A stretch of DNA of 64,000 nucleotides from Eledone cirrhosa (Eukaryota): contig OZ024740.1 in the NCBI GenBank assembly GCA_964016885.1, positions 157,170,001 to 157,234,000 of the forward strand, written 5' to 3'. The number at the start of each line of letters is the position of its first letter. The stretch's first letter is position 1. The position numbers and the translations under genes were made by a program. Below the pieces are notes generated by a model, which worked only from the letters and a program-made list of their open reading frames with translations, did no database searches and was not told the DNA's origin. Positions 12,469 through 26,092 of this stretch are shown piece after piece.

Positions 12469-15400
12469 ATGGCTAGTTTACAAGTTGGAAGCGTGAATGT
12501 GCGTGGCCTAGGGATGCCCTGGAAACAGGGCCAACATTTAAACGACCTTAGGTCACACGGTATGGATGTGATAGCCATAAGCGAGTCCAGGATCCACAAC
12601 AGGCAGCAACTAACTCCCATCTTCGACGACTTTGAGATCTACGCATCTCTCTGTCAGCCAGGAGGTGGAGGGGGAGTGCATGTCATGTTTCGGAAGAACC
12701 TGAACGTCGAAGTACAGCAAGTACACTTGGAACCGGAGGGTAGACTAGTAGTCCTAGCCTTGAACAGTATTGGAAGTAGAGCCTTCAGACTGGTGACCGT
12801 TTATGCCCCGACCTGGCAATCGCAATCACGGCCAGACTTCTTTAAGCGTCTAGAGTATTTTCTGGAAACGTCTCGCTCCTTACTTTTAGTGGGGGACTGG
12901 AATGGTATCCTAGATACACAATGGGACTATGTGGGAGCATGTCCCAGTAGAGGGGCATGCAACAGCCTCAAAACTTTAATCGGCCAATTCCAACTGGCCG
13001 ATAGGTATCGACTGGATTTCCCGACAACTGGACCACAGTGGACGTGGACAAACGGCAGCGGGACATCTAGATCGTATTTAGATAGGTTCTTCATCAGAGA
13101 AAGGGACAAGAATGCACAAATGCACATGGTTGCCTATTCAGATCACAAATTAGTCGTCTACATAGTCAACTGTGATAGAACACATAGACAGGGACCCGGA
13201 TACTGGAAGCTGAATGTGTCGTTGCCGGCACGTAAAGCTTACAGTGAACGGATAAGTAGACTAGTCAGCAACAGTTAACGGGAGCCATCGTCAACAATAG
13301 ATGGTGGTACTCTCTCAAGAAAGCAATTAGAGTAGAATCGATAGGGTTTAGCAGAGAGTTAGCCTTAGAGAAAAACAAAATAGAAAGCGAACTAGTAGCC
13401 AAGGTAGAGGAGGCACTTAGAAGTAGCAACGCGGCTAGAGTCTTAGCGTCGAGAACGGCACTGGACCAGTTCTTCGATGCAAAACACGAAGGCTGCGGGG
13501 TCAGAAGCAAAAAACGTGCTCTAGGAAACGAAGGAGCGAAAGCTGTCAGCTGGGCCCGAGTGGCGGAGGCAAAAAGTAGCAACAAGTCCACGATTCGGTC
13601 TTTGAAAGACCAAAACGGATGCGTGCTACTTGACACCAAACAAATGTGCGCGGCCTTTCAGCAGCACTTTACGCGACTATTTGAGCAGAACGACGGAGAG
13701 CCGAACGGGGAAATGGACTTTAGTTCATACCTCGACGGCCTGCTGCGTCTCTCGAACACGGACGCCGAGTTCTGCGAAAGACCGAGCACGGACACTGAGA
13801 TACGGGACGCTCTGGGCCGCTGCGGGAAACGCAAGTCACCCGGTCTAGATGGTCTACCCTATGAGTTTTACATAGGCATGCCGGACCTTGTTCTCTGGCG
13901 TCCTCGAAGCCGTCTACTGCAATTGGCAGCAGAACGGGAGAATTCCCAGTTCTGCAGGAAAGGGCGTAGTAACGCTGATCAGGAAAGACGAGAACAAGGG
14001 GGACGAAATTAACAACTTCAGGCCCATAACTCTGTTCAACACAGAGTTAAATATTTTGGCCAAAGTGCTAGCGACGAGGTTGGCGCTTGTCGTCGAGAAC
14101 CTCGTAGGGAAAGCGGAAACGTGTGCAATCCCGACCAGGTCCATACACGACAACCTCCACCTCATGCGATACATCATACAGAGGGTGGGTAGTAAACCCG
14201 GCTTCGGTGGGGCTCTGATCAATTTGGATCAGTCTAAGGCATTCGATAGGGTCGACCATCGATACTTGGAAGCGGTTCTCAAGGCGGCCGGTTTCGGTCC
14301 CGTGTTCAGAGGATGGATCGAGGCGATGCACACCAGCATCTGCTCGAGGGTCAAGGTGAACGGCTACCTATCGGAGCCGTTCGCAATCACGCATTTCATT
14401 CGACAGGGATGCCCTCTCTCCTCCATTCTGTATGTATTGACTCTAGAGCCACTACTGCGGAAATTGGAGCTGTTGCAGGGCATCCCCCTAGAACCGGGAC
14501 TGCGCAAAGCGGCGTCGGCTTATGCCGACGACGTGACAGTAGTGATGTCAAGCACCTCGGAAATCGGGGTGATCGGCAACTTACTGAAAGAATACGAAAC
14601 GCTAACGAGAACAAAACTAAACCCGGACAAGTCTGTCGGTTTACAACTCGGTACATGGAGAAGCAAACCGATGACGTCCGACAGCGTCTTTGGACGCTGG
14701 ATGGACGGACCGGTAAAATTGCTCGGGGTCTGTTTCGGTCCACACCTCCAGGTGGAGAAAACTGGAAAGAGGTCACGGCCAAGGTGTTTGCGCTCACCCA
14801 GAAGTGGGCAGAATGCAAACTGTCCTTCAAAGGTCGAGCGGAGATGGCGAACACTTTCATACCACATCCGACATCTACTACCGCTTGACTGTTGTGCTTT
14901 GTCCCCACGAACACCTCGCCAAGATGGAACATATCCCCTTCCAGTTTCTGTGGAAGAAGCAGGCTCCGCTTGTGAGGAGATCCGTCTGCTGTCAGCATCC
15001 TTCCAACGGAGGGCCGGGAATGCCGCGGCTGATGATGCGCAAACATGCGCTGAGGCTGCGGCATCTCCAGATATTCCTCACCGACCCCCAACCGGTGTGA
15101 GCACCGTTTATGAGACAGGCTTTCACGCAGCTCGTCTCGCTGACGGAGCTGCAGTCCTGGGTCACGAAAAGACCGAAAATGATGGGCGCCTGGCACATTG
15201 AATGTGCTCAGGTGCTCACAGTCCTCTGGCAAGCGGGCACAACAATCAGAGGAGACTCCACTTCGACATTCTATAGAGGGATTGTACGTTAGAAGGGCGA
15301 CGGCGTGCTCGGAGAGACTCTGGGCGTCGAAGACGATGAGCTCACCAGTCTGTTTGGTAGGACTTTCCGCTCTGGACCTATGGACAACCTCCAGAGGTCC

Positions 15401-15905
15401 CTGGTCTGGTAGTGCTACCGAGGAGCTCTGCCAGTTCGTGAAAAGATCTACAGGCACGGACGCCCCGGCAGGGATCCTTCCAAGTGGACGTGTCCAAGAT
15501 GCGCGCAGGACATTGAAACCGTCCTGCACGCAATTTTACACTGCCTGGGCGTAACCGACCTGTGGAACTATGCAGAACACTGCTGTCGCGTATGGGACAA
15601 ATCCAGTTGACTGCCGAGTCCATAGTAAGGATCAAACCACCAGCCTCTTTCAAAAACGAAAGAGAGGCAGGTTTCCTCTGTACAGTGGCTATGGTGAAAG
15701 AGGTTATATGTTGGACGAGATTGAGAGGACTGAGGACAGATGCCTTTCTCTCCGGATAACGATTGATTCCCTTCTTTAAGTATCACTTTAGTAGGTGAAT
15801 CAGAGTGGAGGGAGAGGCACTGCACCCCAGTAAATTTACTGAAAGGTGGGTGAAAGTGGCAAAAATGGCCGAGTGATTGTGGCTTCTCTGTTTATAAGCC
15901 TGTAG
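12469..15905 (+). pseudogene. Tx1 ORF2: APE endonuclease, reverse transcriptase, C-terminal Cys domain; multiple frameshifts and stops
   Basis: SVNVRG, VYAP, VGDWN, SYLDRF, SDH, GYWKLN; KSPGLDG, FRPITL, LDQSKAFDRV, RQGCPLS, AYADD. Confidence 0.93.
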
Positions 15906-16409
15906 GTTAAAGAAGAGAGCAAAAGGAAGAAAGGGGCACTTGCACAACACGCTCCTAAAGTTGAGGGTTGTTCTTTCGACGGGATATTAAACAACCCATT
16001 TGTGGCGCTTCCTCCCTATTAGAGATTTCGATTGTTATAATTGTTTGTTTTATATTTTTTACACGACTATGTAAAATCTCTGGCATGTCTTTGTATTGTC
16101 CCCTTTTCTTGTGCGCCCTTGTGGAAAATAAAGAAATCTATCTATCTATCTCTATCTATCTATCTATCTCCCAGATGTGTCTAACTTCGCGGAGAAGTTT
16201 CTGTAAATTTATGTAGGAAAAACCGTGAGTTTTCATTTAAATTTTATATTGTTGTGTAACTTGACACCCCCACCCCACCCCACCCCCACCCCTGGACCTT
16301 CAGACGGTGGGTCAACTCATTTTCGCCCCGCCCAAGGGCGAAATATTCGTTTGAAAAATTTTTCCCTATCTAATTTTGCAAAAATATCGTTAAGAAGTTT
16401 GGTTACGCT

Positions 16410-18339
16410 ATGAACGCTGCGTTTGGCGATAATGGTAGTAGAGAGTCGCTAAGACTACATAGGTCGCAGTCAACGTCCTCTTCTTCCCTTTCCTTCTCCA
16501 TAGATACTATGGAGATGGAAATAAGAAATAAAATCGTAAAAACGGATTTAAATCCAAACAAAAAAAATAATAATGACACAAATGACACCAAACAGTACAA
16601 TGACAACGAAAATAAAAGCAACAACACCAAAAATTATGATAAAAACAACAATGACAAAAACAAGAAAGAAAAGAATAAAGACAACACCAATAATACCAGC
16701 ATCAAAGACAACAACAACACCAACACCAAGGAAAATACGAACAATATCAACAACAGTGACAACAAGAACAACAACAACAATAACAACAATAATGACAACA
16801 CCACTAACACGGACAATTCCACAAAGAAACCAAAAATCTCCTTTGCACAGACAGTTCAGAAAAGGGAGGAATTAACATATCTCGACATATCAAATGCCAA
16901 ACAACTTCTAAAAGACGCTAGGAAATATGTTACTTTTGAAAAGAATGGTGCTTTCAGCATCAATTCTCCTGTAAAAATTCGTTAGGAAACTGCCATCAAA
17001 ACGATAGTTTTTAGGACAGTTCCAATTCTACCCGAAAACCGGGCCAATTATCACAGAAAGAAATTGAACTGGTTTTCAAAAATTCAATGAATGATATTTC
17101 ATTCCTTCAAAGAGGCAAACTCTTTTGGGAGTATTTCGGTACTCATGAAGGAACAATTGACGGCCCAAATTTACTCTGTATCGCCAATTGTATCCAACCT
17201 GTATACCTTTTTCCCCACATACATGGGAAAAGGGACACAAAAGATTAGAATCACGAGTGTCACACCAAAGGTAAACATATGGTGGATACTGTGCGGCTTC
17301 ATCAATTTTGAAGAAGACAGAATACTTTCAGTAGGAAAGTCCCCCAGAGATGTATTTAATGGGACTAGCGTTGAAGTTCTGGTGTAAATGAGCCCAGAAC
17401 GAATAGCTAGGATCCCACGTGTACTCCTGGACGGACTCACCTACATAAACTTTTCGGTTGAGAGTAGGCGGCCTTCATGTTATCACTGCTTTAGCAGGGG
17501 TCACCTGAAGGCTTCCTGTCCTCAATTAATGAGTAAAAAAAAAAAGACTCTTCTGCCGACACCCATCAAAATAACACAACCATCACAACCACCACAACAA
17601 CAACAACACCAACACACAAAAATAACCAAAGCAAACACAGTCCCACCCAACCCCACTCCACCTAAAACCACTGCAAAAACAAATACAGATACAATAGCTC
17701 CCCAAGACATACCCGTCCCCAATCACACAGACGATACAACAGATGAGGCTATCTCGTCATCACCCAGTGAAGACGAGGGAGAACCCCATCGCCCGAAAAG
17801 AAAAAAAATGCACCACAAAAACAAAAAACCAGCAAACACTACCACAAACATACAACCACCAACACAAACAACAAAAACATCACAAACAAAACCCCCACCT
17901 CCTGAAAACAAAATACCTACAACAAAACGAAAGCACACACAAGAACTATAGACAAAAACAAACAACACAAGAAAATTACACTTACACATACATAAATATT
18001 GAAAACAAAACACTAATGGAGACCATCACGAACAACCCTTTCGCAAACTCTAATAAAAATAATAAAAAACCGAACCTAAAACTGATTAGGGTCCCTATAC
18101 AAACTTATAGGTCCCTAAAAGAAACATTTGAAAAGGACGTGGGGAATTCCTGTGTGAAACCACCTAGCCGCGTCCTTCTGAAATGTCTCCCCACCCCAGA
18201 CACCCCCATCCCACCAGACACCCCCACCCCACCAAACATCTCCGTCCCCACCCCACCGGAAACCACCACCCACCCAGACAACCCCTCCAACACCCCCATG
18301 GAACTGGAGCGACCTGCTCTCCAGGAAACGAAAAGGTGA
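16410..18339 (+). pseudogene. Tx1 ORF1, Asn/Thr/Pro-rich, CCHC knuckle, premature stops
   Basis: CYHCFSRGHLKASC; stops at 16983, 17385; ends ALQETKR-stop. Confidence 0.85.
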
Positions 18340-18370
18340 GTGAACTATTCCTTTTCTTTTCCTCACCGAC

Positions 18371-20648
18371 ATGGCGAATGTAAGAGTCGGTTGTGTGAAT
18401 GTGCGCGACCTCGGGATGTCCTGGAAATAGGGCAAACTCTTAAACGACCTCAGGTCGCACAGTTTGGATGTAATTGCCATCTGCGAGTCCAGGATCCACA
18501 GCGAACGACAGCCTGTCGCGACTCTCGGACAGCGAGGCGAAGTTCTGCGAAAGGCCGATTTCGGCTGCTGAGATAGGGAACGCGCTGAGCCAATGCGGCA
18601 AACGCAAATCTCCAGGTCTCGACGGTAGACCCTACGAATTTCATGTAGCAATGCCGGACTTGTTCTCTGTTCTCCTGGAAGCGGTCTACTGCAACTGGCA
18701 GCAGAACGGAAGAATTCCCAGTTCTGTGACCAAGGGCGTAGTCACACTAGTCATGAACGACGAGAATAAGGGGGATGACATAGGAAACTTCCGGCCCATA
18801 ACTCTGCTAAACACAGAGTTACAGATTTTGGCCAAGATGTTGGCAAAGAGGCTGGCGCTTGTCGTCGAAAACCTGGTGGGAGAAGCGCAGACATGCGCAA
18901 TCCCGACCAGGTCCATACACGACAACCTCCACCTCATGCGATACTCGTAGAGAGTGTCGGGTGTAAACCCGGCTTCGGTGGGGCCCTGATCAACTTGCAT
19001 CAGTCTAACGCTTTTGATAGGGTTGAGCATCGTTACCTGGATGCGGTGCTCAAGGCGGCAGGCTTCGGACCCGTGTTGAGGGGCTGGATTGCTGCAATCC
19101 AGAGCAGCAACATCTGCTCAAGGGTCAAGGTGAACGGCTACTTCTCGGAGCCGTTCCATATCACGCGATCCATCCGACAGGGATGCCCTCTCTTCTTCCT
19201 TCTGTACGTACTGACTCTCGAGCCACTACTGCGGAAGTTGGAGCTGTTGCAGGGCATCCCTCTGGAACCGGGACTGCGGAAAGTGGCGTCGGCCTTCGCC
19301 GACGACGTGTCAGTAATGGTGTCGAGCACCTCGCAAATCGAGGAAGTCGGCACCTTACTGAAAGAATACAAAATATTCAGAGGAGCGAAGCTGAACCGGG
19401 ACTAGTCCATCGGTTTGCAACTCAGATCGTGGAGAGGCAAACTGATGCCTTCCGATGGCGTCTTCGGACGCTGGACGGAAGGACCGGTGAAGCTGTTCGG
19501 TCCGGACCTCCAGAAATGGAACGGGGTGACGGCCAAGGTGTTTGCACTCACCCAGAAGTGGGCCGAGTGCAAACTATCCTTGAAAGGTCGAGCGGAGGTG
19601 GCGAACACTTTTATAGCGTCCGTCATCTACTACCGCTTGACCGTCGTGCCTTGTCCAGCCAAAACGCTCACCAAAATGGAGCGCGCGTGCTTCCAATTCC
19701 TTTGGAAGAAACAGGTTCCTTTGGTGAGAAGATCCATCTGCTGCCAACACCCTTCCAACGGAAGGCTGGTGATGCCGTGGCTGACGATGCGCAAACACGC
19801 GCTCAGGTTGCGGCACCTCCACGTATTCCTCACCGTAAAACCAGTGTTGACCCCGTTCGTGAGGCGAACCTTTTCACGACTCGTCTCGCTGACCGAGCTG
19901 CAGTCAAGCAAAGACCGAGGAAAATGGGCGACTGGCACATCGAATGTGCTCAGGCGCTCACAGCCCTCTGGCAGGCGGACCCGGCGATCAGTGGATACTC
20001 CACTTCGTCATTCTATAGAGAGTTTGTCGGCAGCAAGCGCGACGACGCGCTCGGAGAAACTCTAGGCGTAGAGGAAGACGAACTGGCCAGTCTGTTCGGT
20101 AGGACCTTCCGCCCGGGACCGATGGACAACTTCCAAAAGTCCCTGGCCTGGCAGTGCTACCGAGGAGCTCTCACAGTTCGAGACAAACTCTACAGACACG
20201 GGCGCCCGGGCAGGGACCCTTCGAAAAAGATCTGTCGGAGATGCGTGCGAGACGAAGAAACCGTCTCGCACGCATTCGTAAACTGCCCTGGCGTTACCGA
20301 CCTGTAGGGTTATGTAGAACGACTATTGTCGCGGGTGGGACCAATCCGGTCGACCACCGAGTCCATTGTCATGATCAAACCGCTACCCTCCTTAAAAAAA
20401 GAAGGAAAGGCGGTTTTCTTCTGTGTGATAGCTATGTCGAAAGAGGTTGTGTGGTGGACGAGGTTAAAGGGCTGAGGTCAGACACCTTTCTCTCCGGCCA
20501 ACAACTGATTCTTTTTTTCAAATATCACTTTGGAAGAAGAATCAGGATGGAGAGAGAGGTGCTGTACCCCAGCAAATTTTATGAAAGGTGGGTGAAAGTG
20601 GCGAGAATGGCCCGAGTGAATGGGCCTTCTCTCTATATCAGCCTGTAG
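18371..20648 (+). pseudogene. Tx1 ORF2, endonuclease largely deleted, RT decayed
   Basis: KSPGLDG, FRPITLLN, RQGCPL, AFADD, CRRC...ETVSHAFVNC. Confidence 0.9.
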
Positions 20649-20916
20649 GTTGAGGAAAAAGAGGAAGCGAGGAAAGGGGTACTCACTCTTCGTACTCCTG
20701 GAGATGAGTGTTGCACATTTTTTCGGGGCTATGTGTTACCCATATGTAATGTCTCCCCCTATTGTGGAAAATCGATTGTTTTTTAAATTGCATTTGTGAT
20801 AGTATTTTACACGTTTTTATTGTATGTAAACTTCTCCTTTTGTATTTGTCCCTTTCTTTTGTGCCCCTGTGGCTAATAAAGAAACATATTTCTCTATCTA
20901 TCTATCTATCTATCTT

Positions 20917-21012
<96 letters not shown>

Positions 21013-21133
21013 ATATATATATTTATGGAGATAAATCTACCAAAATATACAGTAGTGTCCAATCCGTATGAAGAACTCAATGTAATCCAAATATCATGAA
21101 AAGAGAAGATGCATTCAAAAATTTTCGATGAAA

Positions 21134-21562
21134 ATCATAGGAAAAACAGAGTCAAGATAAATTAATAAAAACAATGAATAAAAACAAAGAACAAATTCCT
21201 TATATTAAAACATTCATCATTTTACGATCGTTTCTAGGATATATATGTGTGTTGGTATGTATATCATATAAATCTATGTAAAAATATTACAAAGTATCAA
21301 AGGAAATATACATACCTTCACATATATATGTTGTCGTCAGAAATGATGATCATTTCTGAAGACAGCATATATATGTGAAGGTATGTATATTTCCTCTGAA
21401 AGTTTGTAATATTTTTACATAGATCTATATGATATACATACCAACACACATATATATCCTAGAAACGATCGTAAAATGATGAATGTTTTAATATAAGGAA
21501 TTTGTTCTTTGTTTTTATTCATTGTTTTTATTAATTTATCTTGACTCTGTTTTTCCTATGAT
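21134..21562. repeat. 429-bp near-perfect palindrome (214-bp arms, 1-nt spacer at 21348)
   Basis: Arms are reverse complements with only a handful of mismatches. Confidence 0.95.
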
Positions 21563-21693
21563 GTGTGCATGTATGTATATATATATACATACTACTGTAC
21601 GTCTGTATACATATATGTATGTACGTGTTCATACTTATATTTAAGTAACAGCCGTACTAAGAGTGGGAAATGAAATTTCGTTTCATTTTTTCC

Positions 21694-21697
<4 letters not shown>
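21563..21697 (+). mobile_element. Fragment of the 436-bp hammerhead-bearing unit (3' part only)
   Basis: cagccgtactaagagtgggaaatgaaatttcgtttcatt matches 34765-34812 and 53719-53757. Confidence 0.85.
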
Positions 21698-21724
<27 letters not shown>

Positions 21725-21860
21725 GCGGCGATGAATTAGTTTAGTGAGGTTTTTTATATGAAATCGTGTGTCGAAACAGATATTGAAAACCAACCAAACA
21801 GTGAGTGTGTTCTGTTATTAATTCTGGCAATATTACGCAAATATGACCCTCCCCAAGTAT

Positions 21861-21918
<58 letters not shown>

Positions 21919-22943
21919 GTAGTTTATGCAAACATGCATGTCTACTTCCTTTGCAATGGCCATAAATGGACAATTAGATATAAGACACCTAGACATCAAT
22001 ATGCAATTTTATGATTGTGAGTTTATATATATATTTACATCTTCAATTCTTTTACTAATTCCAGTCATTAAACTGTGATCACATGCATGCTTCTAGGAGT
22101 TTGCTCCGGCTGTATGTTGGGTGGTTACCGATGAGGAAGATAGATAGTTTTGTTCGTTCGTTCGCTCACCCAAAACTTTCATCCAAAATGAAAACAGGCG
22201 CAAATGTAGTTGAATTTCGTCAAATTATCTAAACCTTTGCTATGTTTCTAGTTATTAGCATGCAGCTAAACGTGAGGGAAAGGCCATTTTCCAACGGACT
22301 ATGATTTTGAAGAGGCTTACTTCCCTCAAATTTTAATCGGTTCTGTTATTTTTATGTACAGCATGTACCACCATGTAAATGTAACCTATACATAAATAAC
22401 ACATATATTGCATTCATTACTAAGATATTTAAAGAGCAGTTTGAAATAGGGACTACATTCCATCTATGGTCTGAGCTCAGGTTTAGAAGACTACATTTCA
22501 CCTATGACTTAGGCATATTAAGGCGTTTTGACGCATATATTTTACATCCGGATTCGTCTATTACCAAATTTACACCAATCTGCTAACTCATCAACGTACT
22601 ATTCTTATCTTCGAAAGATTCAATTTTGCGACGTTATTTAGTCTTAGCTATCTTTTGATCAAAGTCTATGAACACTCCTCTTTTTTTTTTTTTTTTCGTT
22701 TAGCTTTTATCTAAGACTATACTATCTATGAGCTTACAATTGTTTTTTAAATGGTTGGTCTTTGAGAGATTTGGTGAATATTTTTAGCATATCGAGCTTC
22801 TGCGTAGAATTTCTCTCCTTCGGCCAAAAGGAGTCAGTGTGTAGTTACATATTAGACTCAACAGTTTTAAATATGATTAGATACGCCTGAGCGATAAGCT
22901 TCTTTTTTTTAAAGATTCTATATGTACGTATATATATATATGT

Positions 22944-23015
<72 letters not shown>

Positions 23016-23174
23016 AGTATCCATTTCCTATGTTTACATCTTAGAGGTTTCATGAATATTTCTATTCATTCTTCAGCAGAACTCGTTTGTGTTTATAAAG
23101 AAGGATGACTAAAACACACACACGTGTACTCTACGCCCCCCTCTCTCTTTCTCTCCCTCTCCCTCTTATATATC

Positions 23175-23206
<32 letters not shown>

Positions 23207-23967
23207 CAAGAGAGTATTTGTGTCTCTCTATGTATGTATTCATGTATGTATATGTATGTACGTGTGTATGTGTCTACGTCTATGTACATATATGCGTTTC
23301 AATTTTTTATATCTAAATGTAGGAGTACAATGGAGGAGCTTATATAGGAAACTAAGACGTCTATAAACAAGCGATAGTACGTTTTTCCAAGACTTTGTAT
23401 ATATTATGAAAGTATTCTCATGACTTATCTTTCTATCATACAAACTACATCTTTCTACATTATTCACCAACGCTTCGGATTTTAAATAAACAGCAAGATA
23501 GACAGATAGAAATCAATACCTGGTTTTTGTTACATTTGCAGTTGTTCACACTGTACTCGGTGTTGTTGCTTGCACTGTTGTTGGTTTTGGTGTTATAATC
23601 TTTGGTCTTGAAGTGGTTCTTAAGGGTACTTGTTACTGTTGTTAATATTTTTGGTAAACGGGGAGGATTTGGAATGACAGGCTCATTAGGGCCTCACAGT
23701 AAGTGCCTTGCGGCATCTAGTTATGAACCTTTACATTTTGATTTCAAATTTCGTTTTGGTCAAGTTCGCTTTTCATTCTTCCTAGGTCGATAAAATAAGG
23801 TTCCAGTGAAGTACTTGAGTCGATATAATCGACTTTCCAATCCACACAAATTGCTAGCCATATGCTTATATTAGAATTCGTATTTTAGAGTATTAGATTA
23901 GCAGAATTGTTAAAGTGTCGTATAAAATGAAGAAGAAGAAGAAGAAGAAGAAGAAGAAGAAGAAGAG

Positions 23968-24775
23968 GCTTCATGATTTCGTAAAAGAGAGGATCCAGAC
24001 TGTTGCAACCAATGGGTGCCTCTCAAAGAAAAAATTGATAACAAGTGGTGTGCTCCAAGGAACTGTTTTGGGACCACAGTATGCTCTCCGTATTGCAGAC
24101 AGACACCCTCACTAGCTATACTAATGGCATGAAAATAGCACAAGCTATCAAGAATCTTACAAGATTTGGATGCCATACTAAAATGAGCTGAGGACAATAA
24201 TATCCAATAAATGCCGACACATTTCCAGCCCTCCGTTATCAACCAGTAAACACATCACCATTACAACAAAACTACACTGGTCCAGGAAGAATCGAATTCC
24301 CGAGTCGAAATCAATACGGGACCTGAGTACTGACATGAACAATGATATATCGTTACATACATACATCACCAATATAGCAGCAATGTGCAGACGATTGGCT
24401 GGTTAGATTTTGAGGACTTTCAGAACAAGAGACCGGGAAACCATACTGGTCCTCTGGAGGACAATTGTCCTCCGCCGACTGAACTATTGCTCTCAGTTGT
24501 AATTGTACATCAGTGTCAAACTAGCTGCAGAACTTGAAGCAATCAAACGAAACTACACCAAGAAGATTGTCTCAGTGAAGGAGATGAGCTACAGGGAGAG
24601 GCTGAATAAACTAAAACCCTACTCTCTGGAAAGAAGACGGGAGCGATATATAGGGATATGTACATATGGAATATCCTAGCAGGACTAGCACCAAATTTTG
24701 ACATTGAGAGCTGGACCAACCCTCGGTCAGGACGCCACAGTGTAATGCCAAAGATATTAATTTGTGCGCTTAGCA
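23968..24775 (+). mobile_element. CR1-group LINE RT fragment, decayed
   Basis: SGVLQGTVLGP, ILRTFRTRD, LNYCSQL, SYRERLNKLKPYSLERRRER readable across frames. Confidence 0.85.
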
Positions 24776-24797
24776 ACCGAAGTATACAAAAGTTATA

Positions 24798-24874
<77 letters not shown>

Positions 24875-24988
24875 TAGGATTTACCGAGTCTGCGTAAATG
24901 CATATTCAAATGTAATCATATTTTTCGGATATAGATTTGTAAACATACCAGATATACTTAATAGCCTGCAAATTAGGTTATATACATG

Positions 24989-25031
24989 CCTTCTAATGAA
25001 AGCCCAACTAGTCTCGAAAACCGGTTAAAAG
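24989..25031 (+). ncRNA. Degenerate hammerhead motif (CUAAUGA core)
   Basis: CTAATGA-aagcccaactagtctc-GAAA-ACCGGT-TA; palindromic stem III; G5 mutated and stem II weak, probably inactive. Confidence 0.4.
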
Positions 25032-25834
25032 TGTTTATAATTTGCTTTTTAATTTACAAGGATACATATATATTTGCTATGTTTATATGTCTCTATACTA
25101 AACATATGCATTTTTAGCTTAAGGTAGCATGTTGGGTGAATATTTAACTGGTACAGGTATAACATTTTATTTTTTATTTAATTGTGTTTGTATAACTTTA
25201 GCTTCCAATTCTATTTGAAGTTCTTGGGTTCAGTATTGAATTCTAGCATGGGCAATATATTCTGAATTCTAACGTTGGTTGATTAAATTCGTGTTATTGC
25301 TTGTTTTGATTGTAATGATTTAGTTTGAATTATGTTTTTACGAGATTTATGGAGTAATTGTTTCAAGTTTTGGTTGTTAATATTAGTAAAATTTATATTT
25401 CCTTGGTGGATAGTGAATGTAGGGATGCATGGATTATAGCTATCGAGTATGATGTTTGACTGTTTATTGTTTGGTATTTATTATGATTAAGAGATCTGCA
25501 AAGTATACAATGCTAAATTATCTGGTAGCCACAACCTTTGATCGAAACTCGATATTTAGGGTGATTGTGGCATGATGGAGTTTGTCATCTAAGAACCAGA
25601 TTAGTGGATTGGTTTTATTGATTTATATTTATTTCTTCGTTATGAGTTTCAGATTTTGTTGACTAGACATAAAAATATTTGGGGGGAAAATTTGTTTGTG
25701 TCGGACGTTGTTTTAAGGTATTTAAAGTCGTATTTTGTGGCTGAATAATTGTATTTGTGTGTGGTGGACCTTGGTTGGTTTGGGTTTATTATATTAATTT
25801 ACTATTATTCTGCTTTTGGCTGGAGTCGTGAGAG

Positions 25835-25916
<82 letters not shown>

Positions 25917-25920
<4 letters not shown>

Positions 25921-25992
25921 CCTTGTCTGACGAACGAATACGGACGTTTCTTGTATTCGTCTTATTCGGGAAACCTCTGGTAATGAGGTAAT
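25917..25992 (+). ncRNA. Type I hammerhead ribozyme, canonical core, extended stem II
   Basis: Stem I ATTGCCTTGT/ATGAGGTAAT (10 bp with G-U), CTGACGA, stem II CGAATA/TATTCG plus GGACG/CGTCT, GAAA, stem III ACC-tct-GGT, GUA site. Confidence 0.8.
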
Positions 25993-26092
25993 TATATTGT
26001 ATTGTTTATTATACATTAAATTTAGCTCTGTAAGTTACATAGAGCACTCTTCACTCCTATGACCTTTTCAATTTTCAACGGAAACTTCAATA

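Larger units (their letters stand above)
10257..16136 (+). mobile_element. Tx1/L1-clade non-LTR retrotransposon, copy A, full length, decayed
   Basis: ORF1 with CCHC knuckle, ORF2 with APE endonuclease and RT, AATAAA at 16127; both ends abut (TCTA)n/(TC)n. Confidence 0.93.
16171..20885 (+). mobile_element. Tx1/L1-clade non-LTR retrotransposon, copy B (related subfamily), with ~1.1-kb internal deletion in ORF2
   Basis: Same architecture as copy A; jumps from early endonuclease to pre-RT linker at ~18505-18512; AATAAA at 20875 then (TCTA)n. Confidence 0.93.

Noticed and set aside
14396-15529. 377-aa antisense ORF and other antisense ORFs in the Tx1 and Helitron bodies
   Set aside because: Shadow frames of GC-rich coding sequence; not preserved in copy B.
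25190-25760. Possible very old PLE coding remnant on minus strand
   Set aside because: Only vague similarity; cannot be supported by eye.
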